Shown in pieces: positions 38,591 through 52,690 of a stretch of DNA of 64,000 bases. The stretch spans positions 186,372,001 to 186,436,000 of the forward strand of contig NC_042997.1 in the NCBI RefSeq assembly GCF_006345805.1, in the 5' to 3' direction. Within the stretch, counting starts at the first letter, position 1, and each line of letters begins with the position of its first letter. The notes under the pieces are model-generated. The model was not told the origin of the DNA, ran no database searches, and saw nothing but the letters and a program-made list of their open reading frames with translations. Position numbers and translations under genes: made by a program. This DNA comes from Octopus sinensis. Taxonomy: Eukaryota.

Positions 38591-38726
38591 TTCATCATCA
38601 TCATTATCATCATCATCATCATCATCATCATCATTATTATTATTATTATTATCATTATTATTATTATTATTATCATCCTTATTATTATTATTATTATCAT
38701 TATTATTATCATTATTATTATTATTA

Positions 38727-38771
<45 letters not shown>

Positions 38772-38924
38772 TTTTGTTCATCATGTACAAATATGTATGT
38801 GTTCATTTGCTATATTTATTTTATTCAATTTTATAAAAATCGAAACATCCCTGACAATTCGGATCGCATTGAACTTATTTTGTGCGTTACTTTTGTTCCA
38901 CCCTATGTAGGGTGTGTGTGTGTG

Positions 38925-38975
<51 letters not shown>

Positions 38976-39366
38976 TCACATAAACACATAGTGGTACACA
39001 CGCAGATGGGCACAAAAATGCGCGCACATCTATCCACTTGAACTTATACATCTATAAGACATGAAGCAATGTGGTAAGGTAGGTATGAATTCTGCGCTTT
39101 TCGTGGAGGTGAAATCTGTGGTGTGGTTCGGAGGGTGGGACGCTAAGTATGCTAATAACTAGGTTTCTGGGTGGTGTGTCTTGTCAAAGACTGGCAAGGA
39201 TATCAATCAAGATTGCTTACAGATTCAAGTGGAAATACTTCCCCACCTATCACCTCGTTTAAAGAATCTACTAATCATTACACTGTACTGGTGATGTGTG
39301 GACGTTTCGACTTACATTATAGTTTGTGCGCGTGTGTAGAGGGGGGCATATGTATATATACATATA

Positions 39367-39408
<42 letters not shown>

Positions 39409-39421
39409 GACATCTAGATAT

Positions 39422-39554
<133 letters not shown>

Positions 39555-39589
39555 AAGAATACTATATATAATTTGTATATATTCTTATA

Positions 39590-39760
39590 TTCTTTTACTT
39601 GTTTCAGCCACTGGATTGCGGCCATTCTGGGGCACCATTTTGGAAGGGTTTTGTGGGGAAAATCGAATTCAGTACATCCTTTCTTTTCTCTTTTTAAGCC
39701 TGGAACTTAGTTGTTGGTTGCTTTTGCCGAGCCGCAAAGTTACATGGACGTAAACAAACC
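39590..39760 (-). mobile_element. SINE A 3' half
   Basis: tcttttacttgtttcagccactggattgcggccattctggggcacc... Confidence 0.75.
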
Positions 39761-39772
39761 AATACACGTGTT

Positions 39773-39805
<33 letters not shown>

Positions 39806-40007
39806 AAGTGTGTGTGTGTTTGAGAGAGAGAGAGAAAGCATGTGTGTATACAAAGTCGGGTATGCCTTCATGTGCTCTAATTTAAAATGCATTTGAATTC
39901 TTTTGAAATATCTCAACTTTATAAATTTGGATGTACCCAAAACGAATACCCGTTCTATGTGGTCGATTGGCTTAACCCACCTCTCGGACCTTGTTGTTAG
40001 AAGCGCC

Positions 40008-40152
40008 ACCGTCGTATATATGTATATATATGTGTGTGTTTGTGTGTCTGTTTGTCCCCCTATCATTGCTTGACAACCGATGGTGGTGTGTTTAGGTCCC
40101 CGTCATTTAGCGGTTCGGCAAAAGAGACCGATAGAATAAGTACTAGGCTTAC
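40008..40152 (+). mobile_element. SINE A central fragment
   Basis: ccgtcgtatata...gcttgacaaccgatgg...gataagtactaggcttaca. Confidence 0.8.
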
Positions 40153-40760
40153 AGCTGTAATCAGCTTAATATGACCGTTTTCAGAAAGTCTGTTGATGGA
40201 AGTCTTCTAAAAACAAAAAAAGCTGCTGGAAGCGATTTTCATCTGGAGCTGAAAATTAAATCTTTTCTACATTAAGTTTTGTTGTATGAATTTTCTTGGA
40301 GGATTGATTTTGTTGTGTATTTTCATGCGGATTTATGTCGTTACTCTGGGCAACTAATGTTTATTCAGTTCTCTCGTGAGAAATATATTCCATAATTGAG
40401 AAAATTGTTGGAATGTGTTATACTCTACTTCTATAAATATCATGTCTAATGAGGAACAAATACGTGTCCACAGCTGTCCTTTTGTCACCAGACAATTAGG
40501 CTGTACTTTTCTTAATGATTTGTGAGATATAGAAAAACTTGATTCGTAAGATTACCTCCCCTTCTCATTAAGAGTCGTTGTAATTGTCATTAGGTATTTG
40601 TTTATCCAATAATACTCTCGAACGAAAAATAGCTTCAATAAATCAAGTTATTCTTCTTTGATATTTGACACACCTATAATTGTCGTCATAGTATACATCG
40701 CATGTGTGTAGATACTTATTATGCATGTATACGTACATACTATGTGTGTGCATATAATAT

Positions 40761-40799
<39 letters not shown>

Positions 40800-40878
40800 T
40801 CTTATATGAGAAAAAGGAATGGAATAATTAATATATAGACATCAGTTTATTTGAACAAATTCCATTCAATATAACATC

Positions 40879-41001
40879 AAATTCTTTACAGCTGTTTCGA
40901 TGCCCAATTGATTCAATTTGAGAAATTAAATTAAACTAAATTAAATTAAATTTTCATATTGAATATCGAAAATTAGGATTTTCGTCAGGGGAAAAAATTT
41001 G
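40879..41001 (-). ncRNA. Degenerate hammerhead with long AU-rich stem II
   Basis: Minus: caaatttt..ccc-CTGACGA...c-GAAAC-AGCT-GTA-aagaatttg; palindromic stem III ACAGCTGT; stem I imperfect. Confidence 0.55.
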
Positions 41002-42444
41002 TTAAAAAGGAGCTACATTCCAATGTGTTGATTGGCTTTTGATAGACTCAGATATGTGTGTTTCAGCAACAGATGTATTTACAAAAACGTTAGTATTCCT
41101 ATGTATTTATGCGTGCGAGTGTGTGTTAAAGTGTTGAATGCTACAGAATAATGACGGATCGAAACTACTTACTAGTTACCATAGTTAAATAATACGTCAT
41201 CGATATTAGCGCACAATAATGAGAAAAGAAATAAACGATCTAATCGAGGAAAACATAAATATTAACGAATCAAATTAATAAACTAATAAAGTTAAAACCA
41301 ATATTAAATTAATACATTGCATCTCTACCTTAAATTAATTAACCATTCATATGCTATTAATCATATATTCTCAAGGTATATGCCTAAATTAAAATTTCTG
41401 TAAACTATATATAATATATACTACTGTTACCTGTACATAAAACTTTATATTTATATTAACCATTTAATTTATACCTTAATACGATATCTATTAAGAATTA
41501 TTTAATCGTTTTAATTATAGAAGTATGTATATTAATCATGAAATACTGCCTGATTCAAGATTCCAGTAACCTTACAATTATACCTAATTTATTCTTTAAA
41601 TTAGATATAATGGTAGTTTCTGAAAACATATTTATAGTTGTGAACACATGAAACACTAGTTTCCCTCCTCGCATTCAAGAGTCAACGCCTCGAATACAAG
41701 ATATGAAAAAAGTTCTTCCGTTCAGAGAAAACAAAAGGCGTTTCGAACTTTATAGGCACTAGCCTTGCTTACAATTTCCCCCGAAATTACTAGCTGCTTA
41801 ACCAGACGGGAAGCCAAGTTAAAACCAAAACGGAGAGTGAAGAAGGCGATAAAAAAAGTTACTGTCATCATTATGTATCTGAACATTTAAAGTGAGTTTT
41901 TGACATTACTTCCCTTCTGACTGGAAAGGGAACTCATACGTTTCCTACACTATATTTGCAAGGGATTTTGTCAAAGCTAAAAAAAAATATAACGGTTATG
42001 CTTACAATTGAGAGTGACTTTCAAAAATGTATTTGCTGTCCAGTACTACTGAGTTACGCATAGAATATTTTATGCTGAAATATCAGCTATATAGATATAT
42101 TGATGCTATATCGTCAGTTACGATATTTTATGTGTGCGTGTGTAACAATATATCACAGTACTAAATATAACCGTATAACAAAAAACAATGTAACAAAAGT
42201 TGGTTATCTTATTATAACCGTTCGCATATTGTCAATCCAATACTCCAAAGCAGAATCAATAACGAGACTAACGCTTTCACAGTTCGACCTCAACCGTCTA
42301 CTGGCTCATCTCATTCTCCAAAGCTATTTATGAAAATATGCTGATCTAAGTGTCTTAATATGTTTGCAGCGGTGTAGAATTTACAATGTAATTATTCTTT
42401 TTCTTTCCAGGTTCCATTATATTAAACATTTGCGAAGAGTAACC

Positions 42445-42530
42445 ATGCCACACGCAAGAAATTCAGCAGAACTGTCAGATTTTCAAAGAGGTCGTATTGT
42501 TGGACAATCTGAGGCTGGTCTTAGCCAGCA
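42445..42530 (+). pseudogene. Tc1-like transposase N-terminal fragment
   Basis: MPHARNSAELSDFQRGRIVGQSEAGLSQ (ELSxFxRGRIVG motif); truncated. Confidence 0.65.
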
Positions 42531-43029
42531 ATTATGAAAATTGAGTGAAATAAATGTCAAAATGTATGTATATATATATATATAAGAAAATGAAGCAACG
42601 TAAAATATAGTTACGTTATGAACTATGAGTCCACTGCATCTTACAGCAGAAAGAGATGTGAGCAAATGAGAAGATCATAACATAACGGTCTTTTTTTTGT
42701 GGGGGGGGGGGTCGCCTCATTTTCTTATTACCGCACTATAATCATCTAACATTTCGTTCTGAAGCATATGTATATTGAGTTCAAGACCGGATTATTAACC
42801 TTGCAATGCCTAAGCGAAATATATGTATACACAGACAGGCAGGAAGTAAATAGTCACCTTTGATTTTCAAAATCCTTTATTTAATACTCAAAGCGAGCAA
42901 TTGAAATGTAATCGATAGGTAGGACTACATAATTTAGTATTTAGTTGACATTCCCTTTGTAGTTTTTAATTCTGGAACTCTTTTTGGCATTGAATTGATG
43001 AGTTTTGTGATTGTCTCTTGTGGAATTTC

Positions 43030-43350
43030 TGCCCACACCGGACGTTGTGAGTGTTTATTGAGGGAAAACACCTAAAGCCCCACGAAGCTCCAGTAGGGCG
43101 GTGGCGAACCCTGCTGTACTCTTTCACCACAACTTTCTCTCACTCTTTCTTTCTGTTTCTGTTGTACCTGTATTTCAAAGGGCCAGTCTTGTCACACTCT
43201 GTTTCACGCTGAATCTCTCCGAGAACTACGTTAAGGGTACATGTGTCTGTGGAGGGCTCAGCCACTTGCACGTTAATTTCACGAGCAGGCTGTTCCGTTG
43301 ATCGGATCAACTGGAACCCTCGTCGTCGTAACCGACGGAGTGCCACCAAC
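43030..43350 (+). mobile_element. SINE B, head truncated
   Basis: Collinear with the reverse complement of 52691-53074; ends gtcgtaaccgacggagtgccaccaac. Confidence 0.85.
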
Positions 43351-43768
43351 ATCCTCAAGTGGTGGAGATAAATGAAGTAAATCAAGAATTTATGTTGCAT
43401 ATTTTATATACACGTAATTGTCAACGTTATAGAAATACATGCCATTGGCCACTCTCAGTTTCTTTTCTTAGCTCATTTTTGTTTAAATTAGGCAAATTAC
43501 CTTGGGCATAAATGTGTTCTATTGTATTTTGCATAAGTCTAAAATCCCTTGGCTGGAGATAATGTTGGACAATCGTCGTGCTAATGACGGCTATTCTCGA
43601 CTGTCTCTTATCTCCGGTCAATAAGCCTGTCTTTTTCACAAATGACATGCCAGCTTCGGAGACTTCTTGAATCATAAGATTATCTCTCTTTCTCAAGTGG
43701 AGTTTGTCTTGATTGTAATTTTGTAATTATGATACACCCTCTAGAGGCGAAAATGCATACATACATAT

Positions 43769-44081
43769 AGGCGCAGGAGTGGCTGTGTGGTAAGTAGCTT
43801 GCTTACCAACCACGTGGTTCCGGGTTCAGTCCCACTGCGTGGCACCTTGGGCAAGTGTCTTCTACTATAGCCTCGGGCCGACCAAAGGCTTGTGAGTGGA
43901 TTTGGTTGACGGAAACTGAAAGAAGCCCGTCGCATATATGTATATATATATATATGTATGTGTGTGTATATGTTTGTGTGTCTGTTCCCCCCTCCCCCAA
44001 CATCACTTGACAACCTATGCTGGTGTGTTTACGCCTCCGTAACTTAGCGGTTCGGCAAAAGTGACCGAAAGAATAAGTCCT
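43769..44081 (+). mobile_element. SINE A, 3' truncated
   Basis: aggcgcaggagtggctgtgtggtaag...gggttcagtccc... Confidence 0.9.
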
Positions 44082-44725
44082 ACCACCACAAATATCACCA
44101 TCAGTACGATCATCCACCTCACCAGCATTACATCCGCCACTACCACAAGTACCATCACCATCAACACGACTAGCATCATCATCACTATAGCCATTACCAT
44201 CACCACTGTTATCACCATCACCATCAAGCCTATCAAGCCTATCAGCACCACGATAATCATCGTCAAAGAGATTAGGATTAGCATCATTATCATCGTCACC
44301 ACTAGCACCAACTATCAACATCATCACCGACAACGAAAACATCGGCGCCGTCATCTCCGCTGCAACCATTGCTGTAAGTACCACCAACAACAACACCAGA
44401 ACTATCATCATCATCATCATCATCCTCATCATCATCACCATCATCATTATCATCATCATCATCATCTTTATCAACTGATGACCACCACTGTGAACATCAA
44501 CACAGCAAGCATAACCATCATCATTATAAACCACCTGTACTGACGTCACCACCACCACCACCACCACCACGACCATCATCATCATCATCATCATCATCAT
44601 CACCATCATCATCATCATCGTCATCATCATCAGTACTTTCATCACTAGTCTCATCACCAAGGCTACTAACACCACCAATCATCTCCAACACGGCGATTTC
44701 CATTCTTCTTCTTCTGCTGCTATTA

Positions 44726-44762
<37 letters not shown>

Positions 44763-44768
44763 CACTAC

Positions 44769-44818
<50 letters not shown>

Positions 44819-44897
44819 ACTATTACTACTACTACTACTACTACCACCACCACCGCCACCACCACTACTACTACTACTACTTACTACTACTACTACT

Positions 44898-44931
<34 letters not shown>

Positions 44932-45057
44932 GCTATTACTACTACTTACAACACTAGCACCACTACAACCACCACCAACTACCACCTCTACAACTGCTTT
45001 CCCTCATCCACTCCTTTCCCTTTTCTTCTTTTTCTTCCACGACTACTACCACTACTG

Positions 45058-45091
<34 letters not shown>

Positions 45092-45120
45092 AACTACTAC
45101 CACCACTACTACTACTACTC

Positions 45121-45169
<49 letters not shown>

Positions 45170-45330
45170 AACTACTACCACTACTATTATCGTTATTTTT
45201 ATTTTTATCATTATTATTTTTATTGTTGTTGTTGTTGTTGTTGTTATGGCTATCGCCACCATTAAAGCTGACATTGCCACAACCGCTACTGCCGCGACTA
45301 GCCCTAACCCTTCCTGTTTGACCACTTGCA
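44082..45330. repeat. Mosaic trinucleotide microsatellite tract (CAT/CAC/TAC/TTG)
   Basis: Continuous low-complexity triplet sequence that produces spurious long ORFs. Confidence 0.9.
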
Positions 45331-45652
45331 TTCTAGTACAGCTCTGTCCATTCTATAAACAGAGAGTAATCCATTGATTTTCTTCTTTTTTTTCTTTTCT
45401 TTTTTGCAGAAGAAAAGTAGTTTTGCTTTGTTTTGTGTTCTTTTTGGTTTGTTATTTTCTTCTTTCGGACGTATTACTTTCTTCGCTGTTTATGTGTTCA
45501 TCTGCTCATGCGCACATAAGATTGCACACACATTTTTCACATAGAAAGCTAGATATGCATACGTACAATTAAAACATACCTAAGTACATGCTTGAATACA
45601 CACGTTTACACGCACACACATATACACATTACACATACACACACACTATATA

Positions 45653-45685
<33 letters not shown>

Positions 45686-46124
45686 ACTACATATATATAT
45701 TATATGTGTGTATATATATATATATATTACATGTATGTATATAGTTATATGTATTTATATAAATATAGTTATATATGTATGTATATATATATATATATAT
45801 ACTCATGGACATATACAACATATATATATATATATTACATAGCCATATATATGTACATATATATCATATATACATATATATGTACATGTATGTATATATG
45901 CATATGTATGAATGTATACGCACATAGATCATCGCGTGAACTCGATTATGTGTGAGTGTGTGTGTTGATACAACTGTATATCTTCACACGCACATACACG
46001 CATACACACACACACGCATATACACACACATGCACTCACATTCACGTGCATACATCTCATCAATTTGGCACACATTCTGTATAAATATATATATGTGTGT
46101 ATGTATGTATGTATGTATGTATGT

Positions 46125-46235
<111 letters not shown>

Positions 46236-47240
46236 CATAGATACACACACATAAGAACACATATGGACGAACACACCAATCCACTCGAAACACACAAATA
46301 CATATATATTCACACATACACACGCATGCACACCTACACACGATTGCACACGTACAAACACGTGCTCATACTTAATTCCGAAGACACAGCCAGAACATCG
46401 GATTGATCGTATGTTGTTAGTATTTCGCCTCCATTTTGTGTTTGTTTTCCACCGGATTCTAAGCACTGCCGTATTGATTGCTTTCTTTCTTTGTGGACAA
46501 TGACCAATTCCAAGTAAGGATTTCTGCTATCAGACAACAGCCACGAGAACACATTGTCATCCTATAATTCTACATTACAGAAAACTGATATGGAAATTAT
46601 CTTAGCTGAGTGTCTCTGTGAGAAATTATTTATCAAATAATAGCAAAAATACAAAAATAGCCATAAAACACATGTGATATTTTCTTATAAGCTTATGTGT
46701 AAATCTCAGACAGCGCCTAATTGCCTAAGTTAGTTTTTGTTTATTTTTGTCTTCATTTCAAAGCCACGTCTTCTCTCACCGTCACTACCATATCAGACTA
46801 CCATATTTATTCTGCCATCAAAATAAAGAAAAAAAATCAATCCATATGTCTTTATGTGTATGTGTGTGTATTTGTGTCAGTGTGAACGTAAATATCCGTA
46901 TATGTGTGCATATAAATAAATATACGTGTGCTGCATTTTGATATATGCACAAATAAGTAGTGGATTTTTTTTTTATGTCTATGTCTATTGATGTATTCAT
47001 GAATGTGTGCAAGTGTACATGTGTACATGTATGTATGCGAATATATATGCGTGAATGTGTATGTATGTGTATGTACATTCCTTACATACATATGATAATA
47101 GTAATGAACGCAAAAGTACTCAATACTGAGGCAGGTTGTAGATAAATCATAATGTCAGCCAAACTGCTTAAAACAATACGTTTCACCAAAGATAAATATG
47201 TTCGAATCCAGAATAAACGCAAAATCAAAGATTGATGTTT

Positions 47241-47306
47241 TCAATACGCTTGTTTCTAGTTGTTATGTAAGATAACCCTTTACATAATGCAACCTTCTTC
47301 AGTCGA
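47241..47306 (-). ncRNA. Type I hammerhead motif
   Basis: Minus: TCGA-CTGAAGA-a-GGTTG-ca-TTATGTAA...TTACATAA-CAACT-a-GAAAC-AAGC-GTA-TTGA. Stems I-III pair; the base of stem II is imperfect. Confidence 0.7.
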
Positions 47307-47793
47307 TATCTCAATATATGTGTCAGACACAAAGGTGTAAAAATACGATGATCTTTAAACTGACCATAGTGTTTTTACGCCATTTTTGTCTCCAGTGTCA
47401 CCAGTTCAAATATCTCTCCATATTTAAACCAATATCGAACTTATCAACTTCGCACTCGTTGCCCAGTGAATCTATTAATGATTTTACAACGGCTTAGTAG
47501 CCGAAATACAGCCACACCTAATAATTTTGGTTGGTCTTTTTTATATATAAGAGACATTTAGTATCTTAGTTCAGAATGAACTATCTTTGGTATTTCGTGC
47601 TGAGAAGAAGGTAACTTATTCAAAATACATGTAGCCAACATATGTGAACTGACCATGATGTTTATCCATCTTTTTGTCTCCAGCGAATATACTTCTCTAT
47701 GACAAGCTATGGTGAAAAACTTTTTATTTGAACTAGAATCAGATTTATACATATATTTGTGTGTGTTATAAATATATATTTTGTATATCATAT

Positions 47794-48127
47794 AAAGGGT
47801 AAAGACCCCCTTCGGTCATGAATGACCATGGGATTGCACCTAGAAAGTTACCCTCCTAGACACAAGTCCGGGCAAGGTTGTTTATGGAAGACCAGCAGTC
47901 GCCCATGCATACCAGCCTCCCCTCTCCACGTCACCAATGTTATCCAAAGGAAAGACAAAGGTCGATACAGCTTGGCACCTGTGACGTCGCAACTCATTTC
48001 TACAGCTGAGTGAACTGGAGCAACGTGAAATAAGGTGCTTTGCTCAAGAACACAACACGCAGCCCGGTCTGGGATTCGAGCTCACAACCTCACGATCGTA
48101 AGCTCGACGCTCTAACCACTGAGCCAT
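47794..48127 (-). mobile_element. tRNA-derived SINE family D (CORE-like centre)
   Basis: Minus: tggctcagtggttagagc...gagctcgaatccc, then gtgttcttgagcaaagcac...ctccagttcactcagctgtagaaatg. Confidence 0.85.
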
Positions 48128-48298
48128 ATACAGAGAGAGAGATTAATATTACATGTATAATGTGTGTGTATGTGTGTGTGTATATATATATATATTGTTT
48201 TTTTGATGAGTAAAACTAGTGCATATATATGTCTGTGAGTTTATCCATCAATCTATCTATCTTTCTATACGCACATACATACATTTAATCGACGTATC

Positions 48299-49450
48299 TA
48301 TTGGGTTGGCAACAAAGTTCCCGCTGTTATTTTTAATTTAAATTTTTTAAAAGGTTTAATAAAAATAATAACAATTAATGATCAATAATGTTTTCACCCT
48401 TGTTGTTTACAACTTCTTCCCAACGTTCAACAAAATTGTCAAGACATCACCCGATTTCGACTCGAAAAATTGATCCGACCAACCTCTCAATTCTGCATCA
48501 GCATTGAACGAAACTCTGCGCGTAGCATTTGAAAGAGATCGAAAGAGGTGCAAATCAGGAGAGTACGGCGGGTGTGGCAGCACTTCCCAGCCATGCATTT
48601 GAATGGCTTCCTTGGTCATATTGGTGATATGAGGGTGGGCGTTGTCGTGCAGCAGAACTACATACTGCCAATTAGGTCATTTCTCTTGAATAGCCGTGTT
48701 GAGTCGTTCCATCTGTTGAGTTCCACGTTGACCGTTTGGTTCCGTTCAAGCAATTCGTAATGGATAATCCCTTCCCAGTCCCACCATACGCACAAAATCG
48801 TTTTACGCGGATGAAGATCTTGTTTCATGCGCGGTGTCGCTTGTTTACCGGTCCTAAGCCATTCCTTAAGCTGTTTCATATTGATGTACAGTCACCATTT
48901 TTCGTCGCCAGTACCGATTCGGTAAAGAAATCGTTGCTTGTGTCCATGAGTTGTGCGGTAACGAGCAAGCAAACCAGCGGAGATTGTGGCTCGTTGATGT
49001 TTGTTGTTGTCACTTAAAGCATGCGGAACCCATGCACCATACTCCTGGACCTTTCCCATCGAGTAAAGATGCTTCTCTATAGCAATGAGGGAGCATTCCA
49101 TTTCTCTGCCCGTTCCCTTGTCGTTTGACGAGAATTTTCGTGCAAAAGTTGGTTCAATCGCTCTTAATCGACCTCAACTGGACGGACAGAACGAAGTGCG
49201 TCTTTGAGGTCAAAATTTCCATTTTTAAACTTGGAATACCAATCACGAGCGGTTCTTTCAGCTATGGCACCTTCTTGATACACAGCACAAATGTCGCGAG
49301 CAGTTTTTTTCAGCCTTAGAACATTGATTAAAAGCGAAAATAAGGAGGTGTCGAAAATGTTTGTTTTCTTAACTTGACATTCCATTTTAATGATCTGAAA
49401 AATAAACAAAGATTAACTAAACTTAACTAGAAAAATAAATAGATTCCAAC
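48299..49450 (-). mobile_element. Near full-length decayed mariner transposon
   Basis: HTH region WYSKFKNGNFDLKDALRSVRP; WVPHAL, TGDEKW, WWDWEGIIHYELL, HPPYSPDL; TIR tattgggttggcaac at 48300; frameshifted; the other TIR is lost. Confidence 0.92.
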
Positions 49451-49589
49451 ATTTATGTATGTATGTATGTATGTATGTATGTATGTATGTATGTATGTAT
49501 GTATGTATGTATGTATGTATGTATGTATGTATGCATGTATGTATCTATGTATGCATGCATGCATGCATGTATGTATGCATGTATGCATA

Positions 49590-49970
49590 GAACCGGTTTC
49601 CGACAAAGATACAAAGCTCCATCTTTAGGATGTAGTTAACACAGACAAATTCACTTTTGGAACTTGAGAAAACTCTTGCATATTTTTACTGTTCCACTCA
49701 CAATTTGCACTGGTAATGTACGAATTAGCCGGTCCACTTCTGTTTCTGAAAATCCCAGTTTATCCGGATTCTCCTTTAAGCATTTACTAACAAAACCTAG
49801 TGCTCTAATTATGAATAATTGGTATAATTATGAATTCATAGTCTGGATACAGAAGCTGGAGTTTTTGAAGCAATTGTCCATAGATATCCTCTTTTTCTTT
49901 GATTTTCAAAGATATATTTATATCTGCAGGGCAGCTGACCTCTATGATGGTACATACCTTTGTCCCTCTG
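49590..49970 (-). mobile_element. 3' end of a second RLE-type (R4-like) LINE embedded in (TATG)n
   Basis: CTIIEVSCPADINISLKIKEKEDIYGQL...IIPII/ALGFVSK...GTVKICKSFLKFQK*; (TATG)n on both sides. Confidence 0.8.
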
Positions 49971-50335
49971 TGTATGTATGTATGTATGTATGTATGTATG
50001 TATGTATGTATGTATGTATGTATGTATGTATGTATGTATGTATGTATATATGTATGTATGCATGTACGTATGTATGTATGCATGTATTTATTTATCTATC
50101 TATCCATCTATCTATATATATACATATGTGTGTGCATCCTAAAATGTATACATAGATATTATGTATAAATTTATTTTTGCAGTATATATGTATGTATCTG
50201 TCTACATAAGTATGCATGTGTGTGTGGTGTGTACGTATATATGTATGTATGTATGTATCAATCTGTTTATCTATATGTCTCTCTGTATATCCATTTATCT
50301 TTCTATCTATCTTTCTAGCTAACTAACTATCCATC

Positions 50336-50423
<88 letters not shown>

Positions 50424-51295
50424 GTATGTCTGTCTGTCTATCTATCTGTCTATCTATCTATCTATCTATCTATCCATCTATCTATCTATCTCTATGTCTG
50501 TCTGTCTATCTATCTGTCTATCTATCTATCCATCTATCTATCTATCTATCTATCTACCTACCTCCTACCTACCTACCTACCTACCTACCTACCTACCTAC
50601 CTACCTACCTACCTAGGTACGTACGTGATTCTGAGTACATATTTATGCAGTATGTATGTATCTATGTACGTACGTGCCTATGTATGTGTGTGTATACATA
50701 TATTTTATGCATGTATTTATATATATATATATATTCATGCATATATTTATGCATTGTATATATGTATGTGTATATGTATGTATGTATGTATTTATGTATG
50801 TATGTATGTATGTATGTATGTATGTATGTATGTATGTATGTATGTATGTATTATGAATGTATGTATGTATGTATGTATGTATGTATGTATGTATGTATTT
50901 ATGTATGTATGTATGCATGCAGATACCTCAATGCGCATTTGTGTAAACAATAAAATCTTTCAATGAAATATGTTGGCAATACCTACAAAGGATTTGGTGA
51001 GCTAAAACATTTGTAATATGGTACTATAATCTTACCTTGAGCCTCTATCTAATGAGTTTAGACAGTGTTTTAGAGATTTAGTGGCCATTTGCCATGCCTG
51101 CAAAACGTAAAGTGCCAACTACCGAAATTTCTGCTTCTGCAATTGGTTCGTATATATATAAATATTGTGTGTGTGTGTGTTGTGTGTGTGTGGTGGTGGT
51201 GGTGGGTGGGGTGTGTGTGTGTGTGTTGTGTTGTGTGGTGCGTGTGCGTGTGTGTGTGGTGTGTGCCTGTGTGATGTATATATATATGTATATAT

Positions 51296-51330
<35 letters not shown>

Positions 51331-51999
51331 GCATGTGTGCATGCGAACGCGCGTGTGTGTATGTGAATAGATAACCATATATATATATATATACATATAT
51401 ATATATCGATACATAGATAGATATATATAAGTACACAGACAAATATATACATGTACGTGTGTATGTATGTATGTATGTATGTATGTATGTATGTATGTAT
51501 GTATGTATGTATGTATGTATGTATATATGTGTGGTGGTGTGTGCCTCTTTCACACTGTGTCAGTGTGTGTGTGTGTATGTATGTGTGTGTGAGTGCGCGC
51601 GCGTGCACGTATGTGATAGGCAGAAAATATAGGATATTTGGTGCGAATTCTTCAGCGATAATTGAATTTCTTGCCTCTTACATTTGGAGTTGATTTTCCA
51701 ACAGCATCCACTTTTCTGTCAATCCTCAAAGGTCAGCAGAACAGATTCTAATTACATACCGAAGAATAGAGTTTTATTTTATATTGTTCCCTTAATAATA
51801 GTCATTTTACTTATTTCGCCTCAGAGCAGCTCAGTCGTTTCCTCACCAACAAAATGTAACAACAAAATGTGATCTCAAAATACGTTCTTGAAACCTACAG
51901 ACCTTTGAGCTTTTTATAAGAGGAGTACAATACAAAATATGTGATGAACTGCATATGCATTCTGTTTTATAACAATTCATTCATATTCTACTGAAGTAC

Positions 52000-52229
52000 A
52001 CTCTTTTACTCTTTTACTTGTTTCAGCCATTTGACTGTGGCCATGCTGGAGCACCACCTTTAGTAGAGCAAAGCGACCACAAGACTTATTCTTTGTAAGC
52101 CTAGTACTATCAGTGTCTTTTGCCGAACCGCTAAGTTACGAGGACGTAAACACACAAGCATCGGTTGTCAAGCGATGTTGAGGGGATAAGCACAGACACA
52201 CAAACACACACACATACACACACACACAA

Positions 52230-52291
<62 letters not shown>

Positions 52292-52448
52292 GACGGGCTT
52301 CTTCAGCTTCCGTCTACCAAATTCACTCACTTTGGTCGGCCCAAGGATATAGTAGAAGACACTTGCCCAAGGTGCCACGCAGTGGGACTGAACCCGGAAC
52401 CATGTGGTTGGTAAGCAAGCTACTTACCACACAGCCACTCCTACGCCT
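52000..52448 (-). mobile_element. SINE A, full length
   Basis: Family A consensus on the minus strand with a (gagtaaaa)n-like tail. Confidence 0.9.
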
Positions 52449-52690
52449 ACAGTATAAGTTTTGTGATAAACTATATAAACAGCGCTTAGCATATTTGTGT
52501 TCGAATCTGCCGGAACGTATTAAGAATAAATTTAAAAGACACCGTTTCAGATTGCTCTATATACAGGGCAAATAACGATTTATTATTGATTGATATCAAT
52601 ACTGATAAACATCGATTAACATATTTGTGTTAAAATCTGCCGGAACATATTAAGAAAAATTATGCACTTCATCATTTCGGGTTTTACTGT

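Noticed and set aside
43803-44678. 291-aa ORF, the longest in the track
   Set aside because: Composed of trinucleotide microsatellite plus antisense SINE A; no domain or splice support.
49590-49636. Hammerhead-like ctaaaga...gaaaccggtt in an RLE LINE 3' UTR
   Set aside because: The CUGANGA box is absent in all three related copies.
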